Assembly: GCA_032250835.1 (NCBI GenBank)
Contig: JAVVEA010000003.1
Span: forward strand, 153,458-217,457
Length of the DNA stretch: 64,000 nucleotides
Direction: 5' to 3'
Source: a bacterium
GTDB taxonomy: Bacteria > SAR324 > XYD2-FULL-50-16
Every line of letters begins with the position of its first letter. Positions within the stretch are counted from its first letter, which is position 1. The position numbers and the translations under genes are program-made. Under the pieces are notes generated by a model that did no database searches, was not told the origin of the DNA, and was given only the letters and a program-made list of their open reading frames with translations. Shown one piece after another: positions 21,305-30,242 of the stretch.

Positions 21305-21838
21305 ATGAAGCCAACGCATCGTTTGTTGCTGTTGCCCCTATTTTTTGCTTTTTGCCTGTTCTCCTCCCCCAACCCCACCTTAGCCGAAGGAAACCAACAC
21401 TCCATGGGTAACCCTTGTGCCGCCAAAGGGATGAACCCTTGCGCGATGGGTAATCCCTGCGGCCTTGCGGCAATGAATCCTTGCTCCATGGAGGCCAAAG
21501 GGGCCGCGTTATGGGCCGACAAAAAGCTTTCGGGTGACCAACAGCGGTCCTGTTTGACCTGCCATCAAGGTGGGCAGTTGCTTAACTTGGATAAAGTGGG
21601 GCCCTTCCCTCATTACGTGTCTATGCCCAAGCGGAAGGTCACCTTAGAAGAGATGATCAATTTTTGTATGCAAGGGCCGATGAAGGCCAAGCCTTTCCCC
21701 AAAGGCTCAATGCAATTAAACGCTATGGCCGCATATTATCCCCGGTTGGTTAAAGAATATAAAATGAATTCAGGTCAGCCCAAAAAGGCCAATATGATGG
21801 GTAACCCTTGTGCCATGCACAATCCTTGTGCCCGTTAG
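21305..21838 (+). CDS. Periplasmic monoheme cytochrome c with NPC repeats
   Basis: signal peptide, CLTCH, six NPC motifs at the two termini. Confidence 0.8.
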   Translation: MKPTHRLLLLPLFFAFCLFSSPNPTLAEGNQHSMGNPCAAKGMNPCAMGNPCGLAAMNPCSMEAKGAALWADKKLSGDQQRSCLTCHQGGQLLNLDKVGPFPHYVSMPKRKVTLEEMINFCMQGPMKAKPFPKGSMQLNAMAAYYPRLVKEYKMNSGQPKKANMMGNPCAMHNPCAR

Positions 21839-21944
21839 GCTGGGTGACAAATAGCATCCAGCCGGGAGCCTCTTAAAAACTTAGGTTTGGAGGGCGGGCC
21901 GCAAAAGTCCGCCTTCCAAAAGGATCCACTGCAACCAAGCACCT

Positions 21945-22769
21945 ATGAAACAAGACTGGATCGGGGACTTTGTTGGGGAATTTTTTGGCACCTTGCTGTT
22001 AGTTTTTTTTGGTTGTTCCACCGTAGCCGCTACGGTCCTGTTTGGGGCCCATGTGGGGCTGATGCAGGTGGCCTTGAGTTGGGGGGTGGCTGTAACCTTG
22101 TCGATTTACGCTAGCCGCCATCTGAGTTGCGCCCACCTCAACCCGGCGGTTTCCTTGGCCATGGTTTGTTCAAAACGAATGCGTTGGCGTAAGTTACCGA
22201 CCTATCTCTTGGGGCAATTCCTGGGTGCCTTTGCCGCTGCGGCTCTGGTGTACGCAGTATTCGGGCCGAGCATCACCCAATTTGAATGGGTACGGGGAAT
22301 CGTCCGAGGGAGTGCCGAATCTAAGGAAACGGCCATGATTTTTGGCGAGTTTTTCCCTAATCCAAGCCTACCCGCTTGGGCGGAGGTAACGGTTTGGAAT
22401 GCCTTTTTTTCTGAAGCCATCGGAACCGCCTTTTTGGTTTTAATGGTTTTTTCGCTCACCGAAAAATGTAACGTCGGGCGACCAGATGAGGCGTTGAGCC
22501 CCCTGTTTATTGGGGCCACGGTAACATTGATCATTGCGGTGCTGGCCCCGATCACCCAGGCGGGTTTAAACCCGGCTCGGGACTTAAGTCCTAGGCTCTT
22601 CGCTGCGGTTGCCGGCTGGGGCGAAGCGGCTTTCCCGCAGCCGGCTTGGAGCTTTTTGAGCGTCTATGTGGCGGGGCCGATGCTCGGGGCTCTGGTTGCG
22701 GCGGTGGCCTTTACCCAGCTGATGGAACCTTTAGCTCGTCAGAAAAATGACCGTGAAAGTTGCTGCTAA
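21945..22769 (+). CDS. MIP-family aquaglyceroporin (GlpF-type)
   Basis: HLNPAVS and GLNPARD motifs. Confidence 0.93.
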   Translation: MKQDWIGDFVGEFFGTLLLVFFGCSTVAATVLFGAHVGLMQVALSWGVAVTLSIYASRHLSCAHLNPAVSLAMVCSKRMRWRKLPTYLLGQFLGAFAAAALVYAVFGPSITQFEWVRGIVRGSAESKETAMIFGEFFPNPSLPAWAEVTVWNAFFSEAIGTAFLVLMVFSLTEKCNVGRPDEALSPLFIGATVTLIIAVLAPITQAGLNPARDLSPRLFAAVAGWGEAAFPQPAWSFLSVYVAGPMLGALVAAVAFTQLMEPLARQKNDRESCC

Positions 22770-22824
22770 ATTGAGGTCCATCAACCGGGGGTCTTGGGTT
22801 CGCCAAATTATTGGTAGGGGTAAA

Positions 22825-23991
22825 ATGGTCGCTACCACAACCTTCTTTCTCCTCTTATTGGGCTTTTTGGGGGCTCCGTTAGGAGCCGCTCAAACACCAG
22901 ATTTTCTAAGCCAACATTGGCAGAGGCCCCTAAAGGACATGGGCCCTAAACCCCCAGGCAAGAGCTTTGCGGATATCAGCCTAGAGCCAGAGTCCTGTGG
23001 TCAATGCCACCCCCTTCAGTACGCCGACTGGAGCACTAGCTTGCATGCCTCGGCCCTCGGCCCTGGTGTGCTGGGACAGTTACAGGACTTGCCCCCGGCC
23101 GACCAGGAGAGCCATCAAGCCTGCTTGCGGTGCCATGCCCCCTTGGCCGAACAATCCAAGGGCCTCGTCGTCGAGTTATTGGGTCAGGGGCCAGGGTTGC
23201 ACCGCCACGGGGTGGTTTGTGCCGCTTGCCATGTCCGCAACTGGCAATGGTCGGGGCCACCTAGCCGAAACCCGAGCCCGGCGGTTAGCCCTAGCCCTCA
23301 TCAAGGTTTTGAGCCTAAAGCCGAGTTTTCCGACGCTGCCTTTTGTTCGGCTTGCCACCAATTTGGAGCCGAAGGCTACCAACTGAACGGAAAGCCCTTA
23401 GAAAACACCTATCAAGAATGGAAGGAAAGCCGCTTCGGACAGGCGAACCAACCTTGTCAGTCCTGTCATATGCCGGATCGGCGTCATCTTTTTAAAGGCA
23501 TCCACGATGCCGCCCTGGTTAAAAAGGCGGTGCCGGTGCAGCGGGTTGGTTGGCAGGTACGGGGCCAGAGGGTTTCGGGTGCTTGGGAAATCCATTCGGC
23601 CCAGGTCGGCCATCGGTTCCCCACTTATGTCACGCCCGAGGTGGTGGTGCAGGTGTTTTGGTTGGATGCCCAAGGCAAGGTCTTACCGGTATTGGGGCGC
23701 AAATGGCTGATCGCGCGCGTAGTGGACCTGGAACAGGGCCGGGAGCTATCGGATACCCGGATGTTTCCAGGCGAGAAACGCGTCTATTCCTTTGAAGGCC
23801 CGCAACCCCAAGGGGCGGCGGCCCTACGTTTCGAGGTGCGGGTAGACCCCGATGCCTATTACCGAAGGCTCTACCGACAGTACCTTAAAGGTTCGCCAGA
23901 GTCGCTTGGGCACCGAGCGATCCAGTTGGCCTACGATGCCAGCAAAAAGTCCGCCTACCTACTCTTTGCTGAAACCCTGAGTTTGCCCTAA
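22825..23991 (+). CDS. Periplasmic pentaheme cytochrome c (c554/c552-like)
   Basis: signal peptide; CGQCH, CLRCH, CAACH, CSACH, CQSCH; GHRFPT. Confidence 0.88.
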   Translation: MVATTTFFLLLLGFLGAPLGAAQTPDFLSQHWQRPLKDMGPKPPGKSFADISLEPESCGQCHPLQYADWSTSLHASALGPGVLGQLQDLPPADQESHQACLRCHAPLAEQSKGLVVELLGQGPGLHRHGVVCAACHVRNWQWSGPPSRNPSPAVSPSPHQGFEPKAEFSDAAFCSACHQFGAEGYQLNGKPLENTYQEWKESRFGQANQPCQSCHMPDRRHLFKGIHDAALVKKAVPVQRVGWQVRGQRVSGAWEIHSAQVGHRFPTYVTPEVVVQVFWLDAQGKVLPVLGRKWLIARVVDLEQGRELSDTRMFPGEKRVYSFEGPQPQGAAALRFEVRVDPDAYYRRLYRQYLKGSPESLGHRAIQLAYDASKKSAYLLFAETLSLP

Positions 23992-24044
23992 GCTAATTAC
24001 AAAGTGGTGACCACTTGCATGAAAACCCCAGGCCCAAACCGACA

Positions 24045-24497
24045 ATGCACAAACTGTTTGTAACAATTAGCTGTTTTTTGTGGTTGAGCTCCGTGGCCTG
24101 CGCCGGTGATGGGTTGGTCAAACTCCGCAGTTCCTTTGATGTCAAAACTACCCTGGACCGGTTTGAGAGCCAACTAAGGTCCAAGGGCTTGACCATCTTT
24201 CTGCGGATCAACCACGCGGAGGGTGCCCAAAAGGTTGGAAGCCAGTTGCGAGCAACAGAGGTTCTCCTATTTGGCAACCCCAAGCTGGGAAGCCAGTTGA
24301 TGGCCTGCAATCCTCAGGTCGGGTTGGACCTCCCCCAAAAGGCGCTGGCCTTCGAAGACTCCCAGGGAATCGTTTGGCTAGCCTACAATGCCCCCAGTTA
24401 CCTAACAGAGCAGCATAACTTAACGGGGTGCGAAGCCGCAATCCAAACGCTGGAAAGGGGCCTGTCACAGTTCGCCAGTGCTGCGGCCTCAAAATAA
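24045..24497 (+). CDS. Secreted DUF302-family protein
   Basis: INHAEGA, LLFGNPKLG, GLDLPQKAL. Confidence 0.85.
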   Translation: MHKLFVTISCFLWLSSVACAGDGLVKLRSSFDVKTTLDRFESQLRSKGLTIFLRINHAEGAQKVGSQLRATEVLLFGNPKLGSQLMACNPQVGLDLPQKALAFEDSQGIVWLAYNAPSYLTEQHNLTGCEAAIQTLERGLSQFASAAASK

Positions 24498-24534
24498 TGA
24501 CCAGGCTCTTTCGAGGGCATTTACTTAAACGCGA

Positions 24535-25263
24535 TTGATGGAAACAAGCCGCATCAGCATCGTTATCCCGGTCTACCAAGGGGCTACAGCCCCGCCTCAA
24601 GAACAACGTGAAACATGGTTGCGGCTGTTTCAAGCAGCCCCTAAGTCGATATGCTGGCACTTGGTCGAAAGCTACCGGTCCGGGGAAGGCCTACAAATTA
24701 TCCCTTGGCTCGCGCAGTACCCGCAAGCAAATCTTCGGTTGCATCCGCTGCCCCTAGAGCGCCCTCAACGCGCCGCTGCCTTCAACTTTGGCATCGCTCA
24801 GACGCAAACCAAACTGGTGGCGCTGATCCACCAAGACTGTTTGCCCGACTTAGCGGGGCTCACCATGCTGGCCGAGTCCGAAGAGTGGGCCTGGGGTGGG
24901 TTTAATAAATGTTATGAGCCATCCCATTGGATGTTAAAACTATCCAGCCTTTACCAAAACCAGGTAAGGTTCCCAAGGGGCTTGTTGGTGGGCACCAATG
25001 GGTTTGTGTTCCCCCGTAGTTTTTGGGAGCGCCACCCCTTTAGGGGGGATTTTCTTGAAGACCTAGGTTTTTCGGACCAGATCCAGAAGGAATTGGGGCG
25101 GCCCAAGTCCTTTGGCATACTGCGCGTGTCCTCCACCCGATACCACCGCCGCGGGGTGGCGCGCTGTTTGTTGGAAAACAGTCTGATTTTGTTGGGTTAT
25201 CGGTTGGGGCTAAGCCCCAGATTTTTAAGGCAATTTTATCGACCCATGAAGGAGCCATGTTAG
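24535..25263 (+). CDS. Divergent GT2 glycosyltransferase (TIGR04283 arsenosugar-associated-like)
   Basis: ISIVIPVY, RAAAFNFG, LIHQDC, AWGGF, FLEDL, VSSTRY. Confidence 0.7.
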   Translation: MMETSRISIVIPVYQGATAPPQEQRETWLRLFQAAPKSICWHLVESYRSGEGLQIIPWLAQYPQANLRLHPLPLERPQRAAAFNFGIAQTQTKLVALIHQDCLPDLAGLTMLAESEEWAWGGFNKCYEPSHWMLKLSSLYQNQVRFPRGLLVGTNGFVFPRSFWERHPFRGDFLEDLGFSDQIQKELGRPKSFGILRVSSTRYHRRGVARCLLENSLILLGYRLGLSPRFLRQFYRPMKEPC

Positions 25264-26411
25264 CGGCCCTTTCGGCGAGCCTTGCCCTGGTCCCCTGGTG
25301 GATGGCCCCACTGCCCTTTCCAGCCCAATTGGCGCTGGCTTGGTTGGGCTATTGGGGGTTACACCGCTTTGGCCACCCCGCGAGGTTTTGGCTGTGGTGG
25401 GTTTTGGGCTTCGCTACTTTGGGCTTTAGGTGGGCTCAGCCCGCCATCCAGGCAGACGACTACTTGCGGTATCTCTTTGACGGGCAACTGGTCCTGCAAG
25501 GGGTCAACCCCTATGGTTTGGTGCCCCAGGACCTTCCGTTATACCAGACCTTTTGGACTCCCAAGGGGAACATCCCGACCATCTATCCCCCCTTGGCCGA
25601 AGGGATTTTTACGGTAGCTGCTTGGATTGCCTTAGGGTTGCCGGGGCTTCGGCTTTTGTCGGCGTTGGCATTGATGTTTCTGATGCCCTTGGCCTTTTGG
25701 GCATGGCCCAAGGCAAAGGCGCAAAGGTTTTTGCTGCTGGTCCTCTATTGTCCGTTAGTCCAACAAGAGCTCTTCCACTCGGCCCATGTGGATGTATGGT
25801 TGTTGCCGCTTCTGTTCGGGTGGTATCTTTTGGCCAAAGGTAAGCGGAGCGTTGCTGCGGGCGGGGTGTTAGGGTTGGCGGTGCTGTTGAAGTTAAGTCC
25901 CCTGGTCCTGTTTCCCCTATGGGCGGTAGGGATTTCGCTCCGGCAAAGGTGGTGGGCGGCGCTGGGTCTCTGCGGGGTGTTGGCTCTCGGTTTTGGGCTC
26001 TTTTACCCTCAGCAACCCTTTAGCGCCCTAGCCCTGTTTTATCAGTCCATCGAGGGGTATAGCCCCTTTTACCGGTTGCTCCGGTGGGGCTTAGACCGCG
26101 AGACGGCCCGCTTGGCCTTAGCTTCGCTGGGAACCGCCGGGTATCTGATTTGGCTGGCCCGCAACCCCCAGCTAGATCATTTGTTCTGGGTCTTCGCCGG
26201 GCTGTTTCTGTTTACGCCGACCGGATTCCCCTGGTATCTCGCCCCCTTATTGTTGGTACCCAAGGTAGGCTGGCCCAGCTGGTGGGTACTTTTCTGCGCT
26301 CTGGCTCATTTACAATATTATCTCCTTTGGCCCTATGGCTGGGCCCTAGAATTGGGTCTTTTAGCCTTTGGCTGGTTCCAAACCCTTTACCCCCAACGGA
26401 GTTCTGCATGA
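25257..26411 (+). CDS. Polytopic membrane GT-C/GT87-like glycosyltransferase
   Basis: DDYLRYLFDG, GVNPY, TIYPPLA, SAHVD, FPWY; many TM segments. Confidence 0.75.
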   Translation: MLAALSASLALVPWWMAPLPFPAQLALAWLGYWGLHRFGHPARFWLWWVLGFATLGFRWAQPAIQADDYLRYLFDGQLVLQGVNPYGLVPQDLPLYQTFWTPKGNIPTIYPPLAEGIFTVAAWIALGLPGLRLLSALALMFLMPLAFWAWPKAKAQRFLLLVLYCPLVQQELFHSAHVDVWLLPLLFGWYLLAKGKRSVAAGGVLGLAVLLKLSPLVLFPLWAVGISLRQRWWAALGLCGVLALGFGLFYPQQPFSALALFYQSIEGYSPFYRLLRWGLDRETARLALASLGTAGYLIWLARNPQLDHLFWVFAGLFLFTPTGFPWYLAPLLLVPKVGWPSWWVLFCALAHLQYYLLWPYGWALELGLLAFGWFQTLYPQRSSA

Positions 26412-26578
26412 TGCCTCTTACCTTGATTTCAACCGCCTTTGCCAAGTCTCCTTTGGGGAGTGCCAAAGCCTTCCATGACTACCAATCGGGCGGCAACGCC
26501 TTGCTCGAATTTGGGGCTACCCTGGCGATTGGGGTGGCTCTGGTATTGGTCTATTATTGGTTTCGGCGCAAAAAGTAG
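26408..26578 (+). CDS. Small 56-aa membrane protein
   Basis: ATGA overlap with upstream stop; C-terminal TM plus RRKK. Confidence 0.55.
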   Translation: MMPLTLISTAFAKSPLGSAKAFHDYQSGGNALLEFGATLAIGVALVLVYYWFRRKK

Positions 26579-26581
26579 GGG

Positions 26582-27430
26582 CTAGACTCCAGGCTTCTTG
26601 GTCCGCTTCTTGATCAAGGCGAGATAGAGGCCACCGAGTATCAACGCACTGCTAAGCCACAACCTCAGGCTTAAGGTCTCTTGTAAAAAGAGGAAGCCAC
26701 CTATGAGGGCGATCAAGGGGACCGTCAATTGCAGAACCGATGCGGTCCATAGCGAAAGGCGCTGCAACGCAAAATACCAAAGCAGGTACCCTAGGCCTGA
26801 GGTGACCGCGCCCGAGACCGCCGCTAGAGATTTCCCGTAGAGGCTGCTGGTACCGCTGCCTTGGCTTAACCACAGCAAAAGCAGCGCCAACGGCACAATA
26901 GCTAAAAAATTCCTAGCCGTGGCCCCGGCGGGGTCCGATTTTCCGCGACCCCAAACCGAGTAAAGCCCCCAAGCCAACCCGGCCAGGGCCATGTTGATCG
27001 AAGCCAGCCAGGGGGGAGCCTCCAGCCCCGGCGATAAAAGATAGACCAAGCCTGCCCAGGAGAGCCCAAAACCGAACCATTCGCCGGGGCCTAGGCGCTG
27101 CCCTAGGATCAGCGCGGCTCCAATCATGGTGGATTGAACCGAAGCGAACAGAACCAAGGCACCCACCCCCGCAGGCAAGCGCACATAAGCCAGCGAGAAG
27201 AAGGTGGCGTACAAAAATAGGGCGAGCGGCTCGCGCCAGCGATTGAGGCCCGAGGATTGGGCTTTGCCCCGAGCGGCCCAAGCCCAAGGGAATAAGACCA
27301 CGGCCCCAGCCAACAGGCGGATCGCGGTAAACTCTAATGGGTTAATCTCTGGGCCCCTGAGCGCGAGACGAGCCAGTATGGAGTTGGCGGCAAAGGCCCA
27401 AAGGCTCAAGACCGCCAAAATGGGGGTCAT
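26582..27430 (-). CDS. DMT/EamA-family transporter
   Basis: AFAANSILARLAL, AVTSGLGYLLW; ATG 27430 immediately after arsM stop. Confidence 0.88.
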   Translation of the reverse strand: MTPILAVLSLWAFAANSILARLALRGPEINPLEFTAIRLLAGAVVLFPWAWAARGKAQSSGLNRWREPLALFLYATFFSLAYVRLPAGVGALVLFASVQSTMIGAALILGQRLGPGEWFGFGLSWAGLVYLLSPGLEAPPWLASINMALAGLAWGLYSVWGRGKSDPAGATARNFLAIVPLALLLLWLSQGSGTSSLYGKSLAAVSGAVTSGLGYLLWYFALQRLSLWTASVLQLTVPLIALIGGFLFLQETLSLRLWLSSALILGGLYLALIKKRTKKPGV

Positions 27431-27431
27431 C

Positions 27432-28505
27432 TTAGCAACCGCAATTGCTGGTTGGGCCTTCAGAACTGGAGGTTTGCGCAAAGGGAAAGTGCCCACCACA
27501 GCCAGGGAATACCCCGTGGTGGTGGTTGAAATCGCCGAAAAAGTCAAAGTATGGGGCAAACCGGGTTTCTTTAAGCATCCGGTAGCTATTCCCGCAAACC
27601 AATTCGATCTTGTCTTTGGCAAAGGCATGGCCTTGATCTAGCCAGAAAACTTGGGGCATCTCTTCCACCCCGCCCCGGTAGCGTACCGCTTGGCCATAGT
27701 CCTCGCAGCCCGGTTCTAAGCCTGCTAGTTTGATCAGTCGGCAGGTTACCGAGTAAAACTGAATGCCTTCTAAGGCTTTTTGGACCGATTCATTCTCGAT
27801 GGTGATCCGGTTAAAATCCACCCACCGGGGGTCGGCAAAGCCCGCCGCCTTAACGTCGCGCAAGAAGTCGTTCCAATAAAGCGCCCCGGACAAACATTCT
27901 CCGTAAAGCACTGGGTCATTTTTGAGGTCCAAGGGCACCCGTTTGTCGGTATATACGTCCGAAAAATAAAGCTCCCCTCCAGGTTTCAACAACCGATATG
28001 CTTCCTTAAACACCGCCAATTTGTCGTCCACCAGATTGATCACGCAATTAGAAATGATCAAATCTTGATGGTCCGCTTGGAGATTTAAGGCCGATATATT
28101 TTGGATGTCCCCTTCAAGGAACTGGACATTACTCTTTGGGTAGCCAAATTTTTCTTGGTGGAAGCCCATATGCTTGCGGGCGACGTCCAATTGTTCTGGG
28201 GTCATATCCACTCCGGTCACTTGGCCCTTTTCGCCCACCAAACGGCTTAAAATATAGGCATCGCGGCCCGAGCCCGAACCTAGGTCGATTACCTTCAAGC
28301 CCTCCAGCAAGCTGGGGATGGTGAGGCCGCAGCCAAAAAAACGCTCCACCACCTCAGGGTGGATTTCAGACAAAATCGCTTTGATCTTGGGCGGGTAGCT
28401 ACTCACGCTACAACAGGCATTGGTTAAGAGGTCATCGGTCTTTTGCAGGGTCTGCCCATAATATTCCTGGACCGCTTGTTTGTGGTCTTGCTCGACAAAA
28501 TTCAT
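27432..28505 (-). CDS. arsM: Arsenite S-adenosylmethionine methyltransferase
   Basis: NACC, FFGCG, DLGSGSGRD, ISNCVINL, YGECLSGAL (conserved ArsM cysteines); RBS AGGAG. Confidence 0.9.
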   Translation of the reverse strand: MNFVEQDHKQAVQEYYGQTLQKTDDLLTNACCSVSSYPPKIKAILSEIHPEVVERFFGCGLTIPSLLEGLKVIDLGSGSGRDAYILSRLVGEKGQVTGVDMTPEQLDVARKHMGFHQEKFGYPKSNVQFLEGDIQNISALNLQADHQDLIISNCVINLVDDKLAVFKEAYRLLKPGGELYFSDVYTDKRVPLDLKNDPVLYGECLSGALYWNDFLRDVKAAGFADPRWVDFNRITIENESVQKALEGIQFYSVTCRLIKLAGLEPGCEDYGQAVRYRGGVEEMPQVFWLDQGHAFAKDKIELVCGNSYRMLKETRFAPYFDFFGDFNHHHGVFPGCGGHFPFAQTSSSEGPTSNCGC

Positions 28506-28526
28506 GTTCTGCTCCTTAGGGGGTCA

Positions 28527-30221
28527 CTAACTGAGTTCGTTGAAAATCTGCTCCATCTGTGGGGCGACTCGATTGGCTGCTTCCCAGACGCGGGGCCCAA
28601 AACGATCGAGACCGGTTTTAGCGGAACGATCGTCTAGGGCCAACAGTGAAAAGGCCTCTTCGTGCGAAAATCCGGGTTTGTACTGCCGAGCGCTCCGCAA
28701 CGCATCGTAACTATCGGCTAGGCCGACGATCAACGCCGCCAAGGGGATTGCGTCTCCGGCCAAGGGGGACGTGCCTGCTTCAGGGCCTTGGGGCAGGGAA
28801 GGGTACCCACCTCCGTCAAAGCTTTGGTGATGGTGCAGAGCGATTTCATAGGCCATCGCTAGTTTTTCGTCGCCGCTGGAAGAAAAGTCCATCATCGTTC
28901 GGATGATCTGAGCTCCAAAAAGGGTGTGCCGCATCATTTCGGTTCTCTGTTCAGCGCTGTATTTGCCGTTAAATTTGATCAAGTCGGGCATAGCCACCTT
29001 GCCAATGTCATGCAACGCGGCAACCTGCGAAATGGACCGGACAAATTTGGGCGGCAGCTTCATTTCCTCGGCAATCAGTGCGCTCAACCGATTGACCCGC
29101 AAGATGTGTTTCCCGGTGGTCTCGTCGCTAAACTCGGCGGCGGCGCAAAGGCCCATTACTTTTTGTAAAAACTGCTCTTCGTTTTTTACCGCCAAGTCAA
29201 CTAGGTAAAAGAGCATCCGGGAGCTGTTCATCAGGGTATGCAAAAACAACCCATCGTCACGATGTTGGCTCCCCTGTTGGTTGAAGGCAATAATCGACGC
29301 CGGGCCCTCGTGGTAGTTCATAAAACGAGAGATCGGCTCGCCAATAAAGTTTTTGATGTCCCGGTGGAAGGGGTAAACTTGTTCAAATTCCGCTTGTGTG
29401 GTGCCCTCCTCACGTTGGGCTTCGATTAGATGCCCTTGGCGGCGCGACAGGAGAATCGGGGCCAGAGAATCCGGCGCTAAGACGATTTCTTGAGAATAAA
29501 CCAATTGGCCCTCCCGATACCGACTGGCCTGACCCACCCATTGCCCCGATTTATTGCGCAGGGCAATAAAGGCCGCTTGAAAGCCCATCCCTAAAATAAA
29601 GGGGGCCATGCGGCGGTAGATGTCTGCTTGGGAAGTGAACTGCTCCAACTGCCCCAACACCTGCTCGCTGTAGCTTGAAATAGACAGGATGCGCTCGTGC
29701 AGCCGCTTTACGGGAGAGATGTCGTCCATCCAAACCAAAATAGCTTTTGCCCCTTCTAGTTTTATCATCTCAATGGAGTACCACCGGTGGCTCATGGCGG
29801 AGTACAGTTCCAGCGGGGCTTGCTCGGGGGTGGAGTCTTGCAGGTAGGTCTGAACTTGATCGCGGCTTTGCGCCCCAAGGTATTGGTAAAGGCTTTGTAC
29901 CCCGTGGTCCTCAAAATATCTTTGGGTCTTGCCCATGGCCAGGATGATCTCCCCTTGGGGGCCCATCACAAAAGCCGGGTCTCTGCGCTGCATGGGGAGC
30001 AGGGCCAGAACCGACTGAAACCGGTTTTTTACTTGAACCAAAGCCCGCGAGATTGCCTGTACTAAGAAGGGGATCACAAAGCCCATGGGCGTTGCAAAGG
30101 GATCGCCCGTGCCAAACCAGTTGATGCTCGCGCCAATGATGAAGGCGCTGAACATGATTCGAGGATTGGCAAATTCCACCAAACAATAACGGAGGAAGAG
30201 GCGCAACGGCTGGTTTAACAT
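28527..30221 (-). CDS. Membrane-anchored HD-GYP phosphodiesterase
   Basis: DETTGKHILRV, LHDIGK, HHQSFDGGGYP, DSYDALRSARQYK. Confidence 0.88.
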   Translation of the reverse strand: MLNQPLRLFLRYCLVEFANPRIMFSAFIIGASINWFGTGDPFATPMGFVIPFLVQAISRALVQVKNRFQSVLALLPMQRRDPAFVMGPQGEIILAMGKTQRYFEDHGVQSLYQYLGAQSRDQVQTYLQDSTPEQAPLELYSAMSHRWYSIEMIKLEGAKAILVWMDDISPVKRLHERILSISSYSEQVLGQLEQFTSQADIYRRMAPFILGMGFQAAFIALRNKSGQWVGQASRYREGQLVYSQEIVLAPDSLAPILLSRRQGHLIEAQREEGTTQAEFEQVYPFHRDIKNFIGEPISRFMNYHEGPASIIAFNQQGSQHRDDGLFLHTLMNSSRMLFYLVDLAVKNEEQFLQKVMGLCAAAEFSDETTGKHILRVNRLSALIAEEMKLPPKFVRSISQVAALHDIGKVAMPDLIKFNGKYSAEQRTEMMRHTLFGAQIIRTMMDFSSSGDEKLAMAYEIALHHHQSFDGGGYPSLPQGPEAGTSPLAGDAIPLAALIVGLADSYDALRSARQYKPGFSHEEAFSLLALDDRSAKTGLDRFGPRVWEAANRVAPQMEQIFNELS

Positions 30222-30242
30222 GGATTGATTTGGGTTTGGGTC

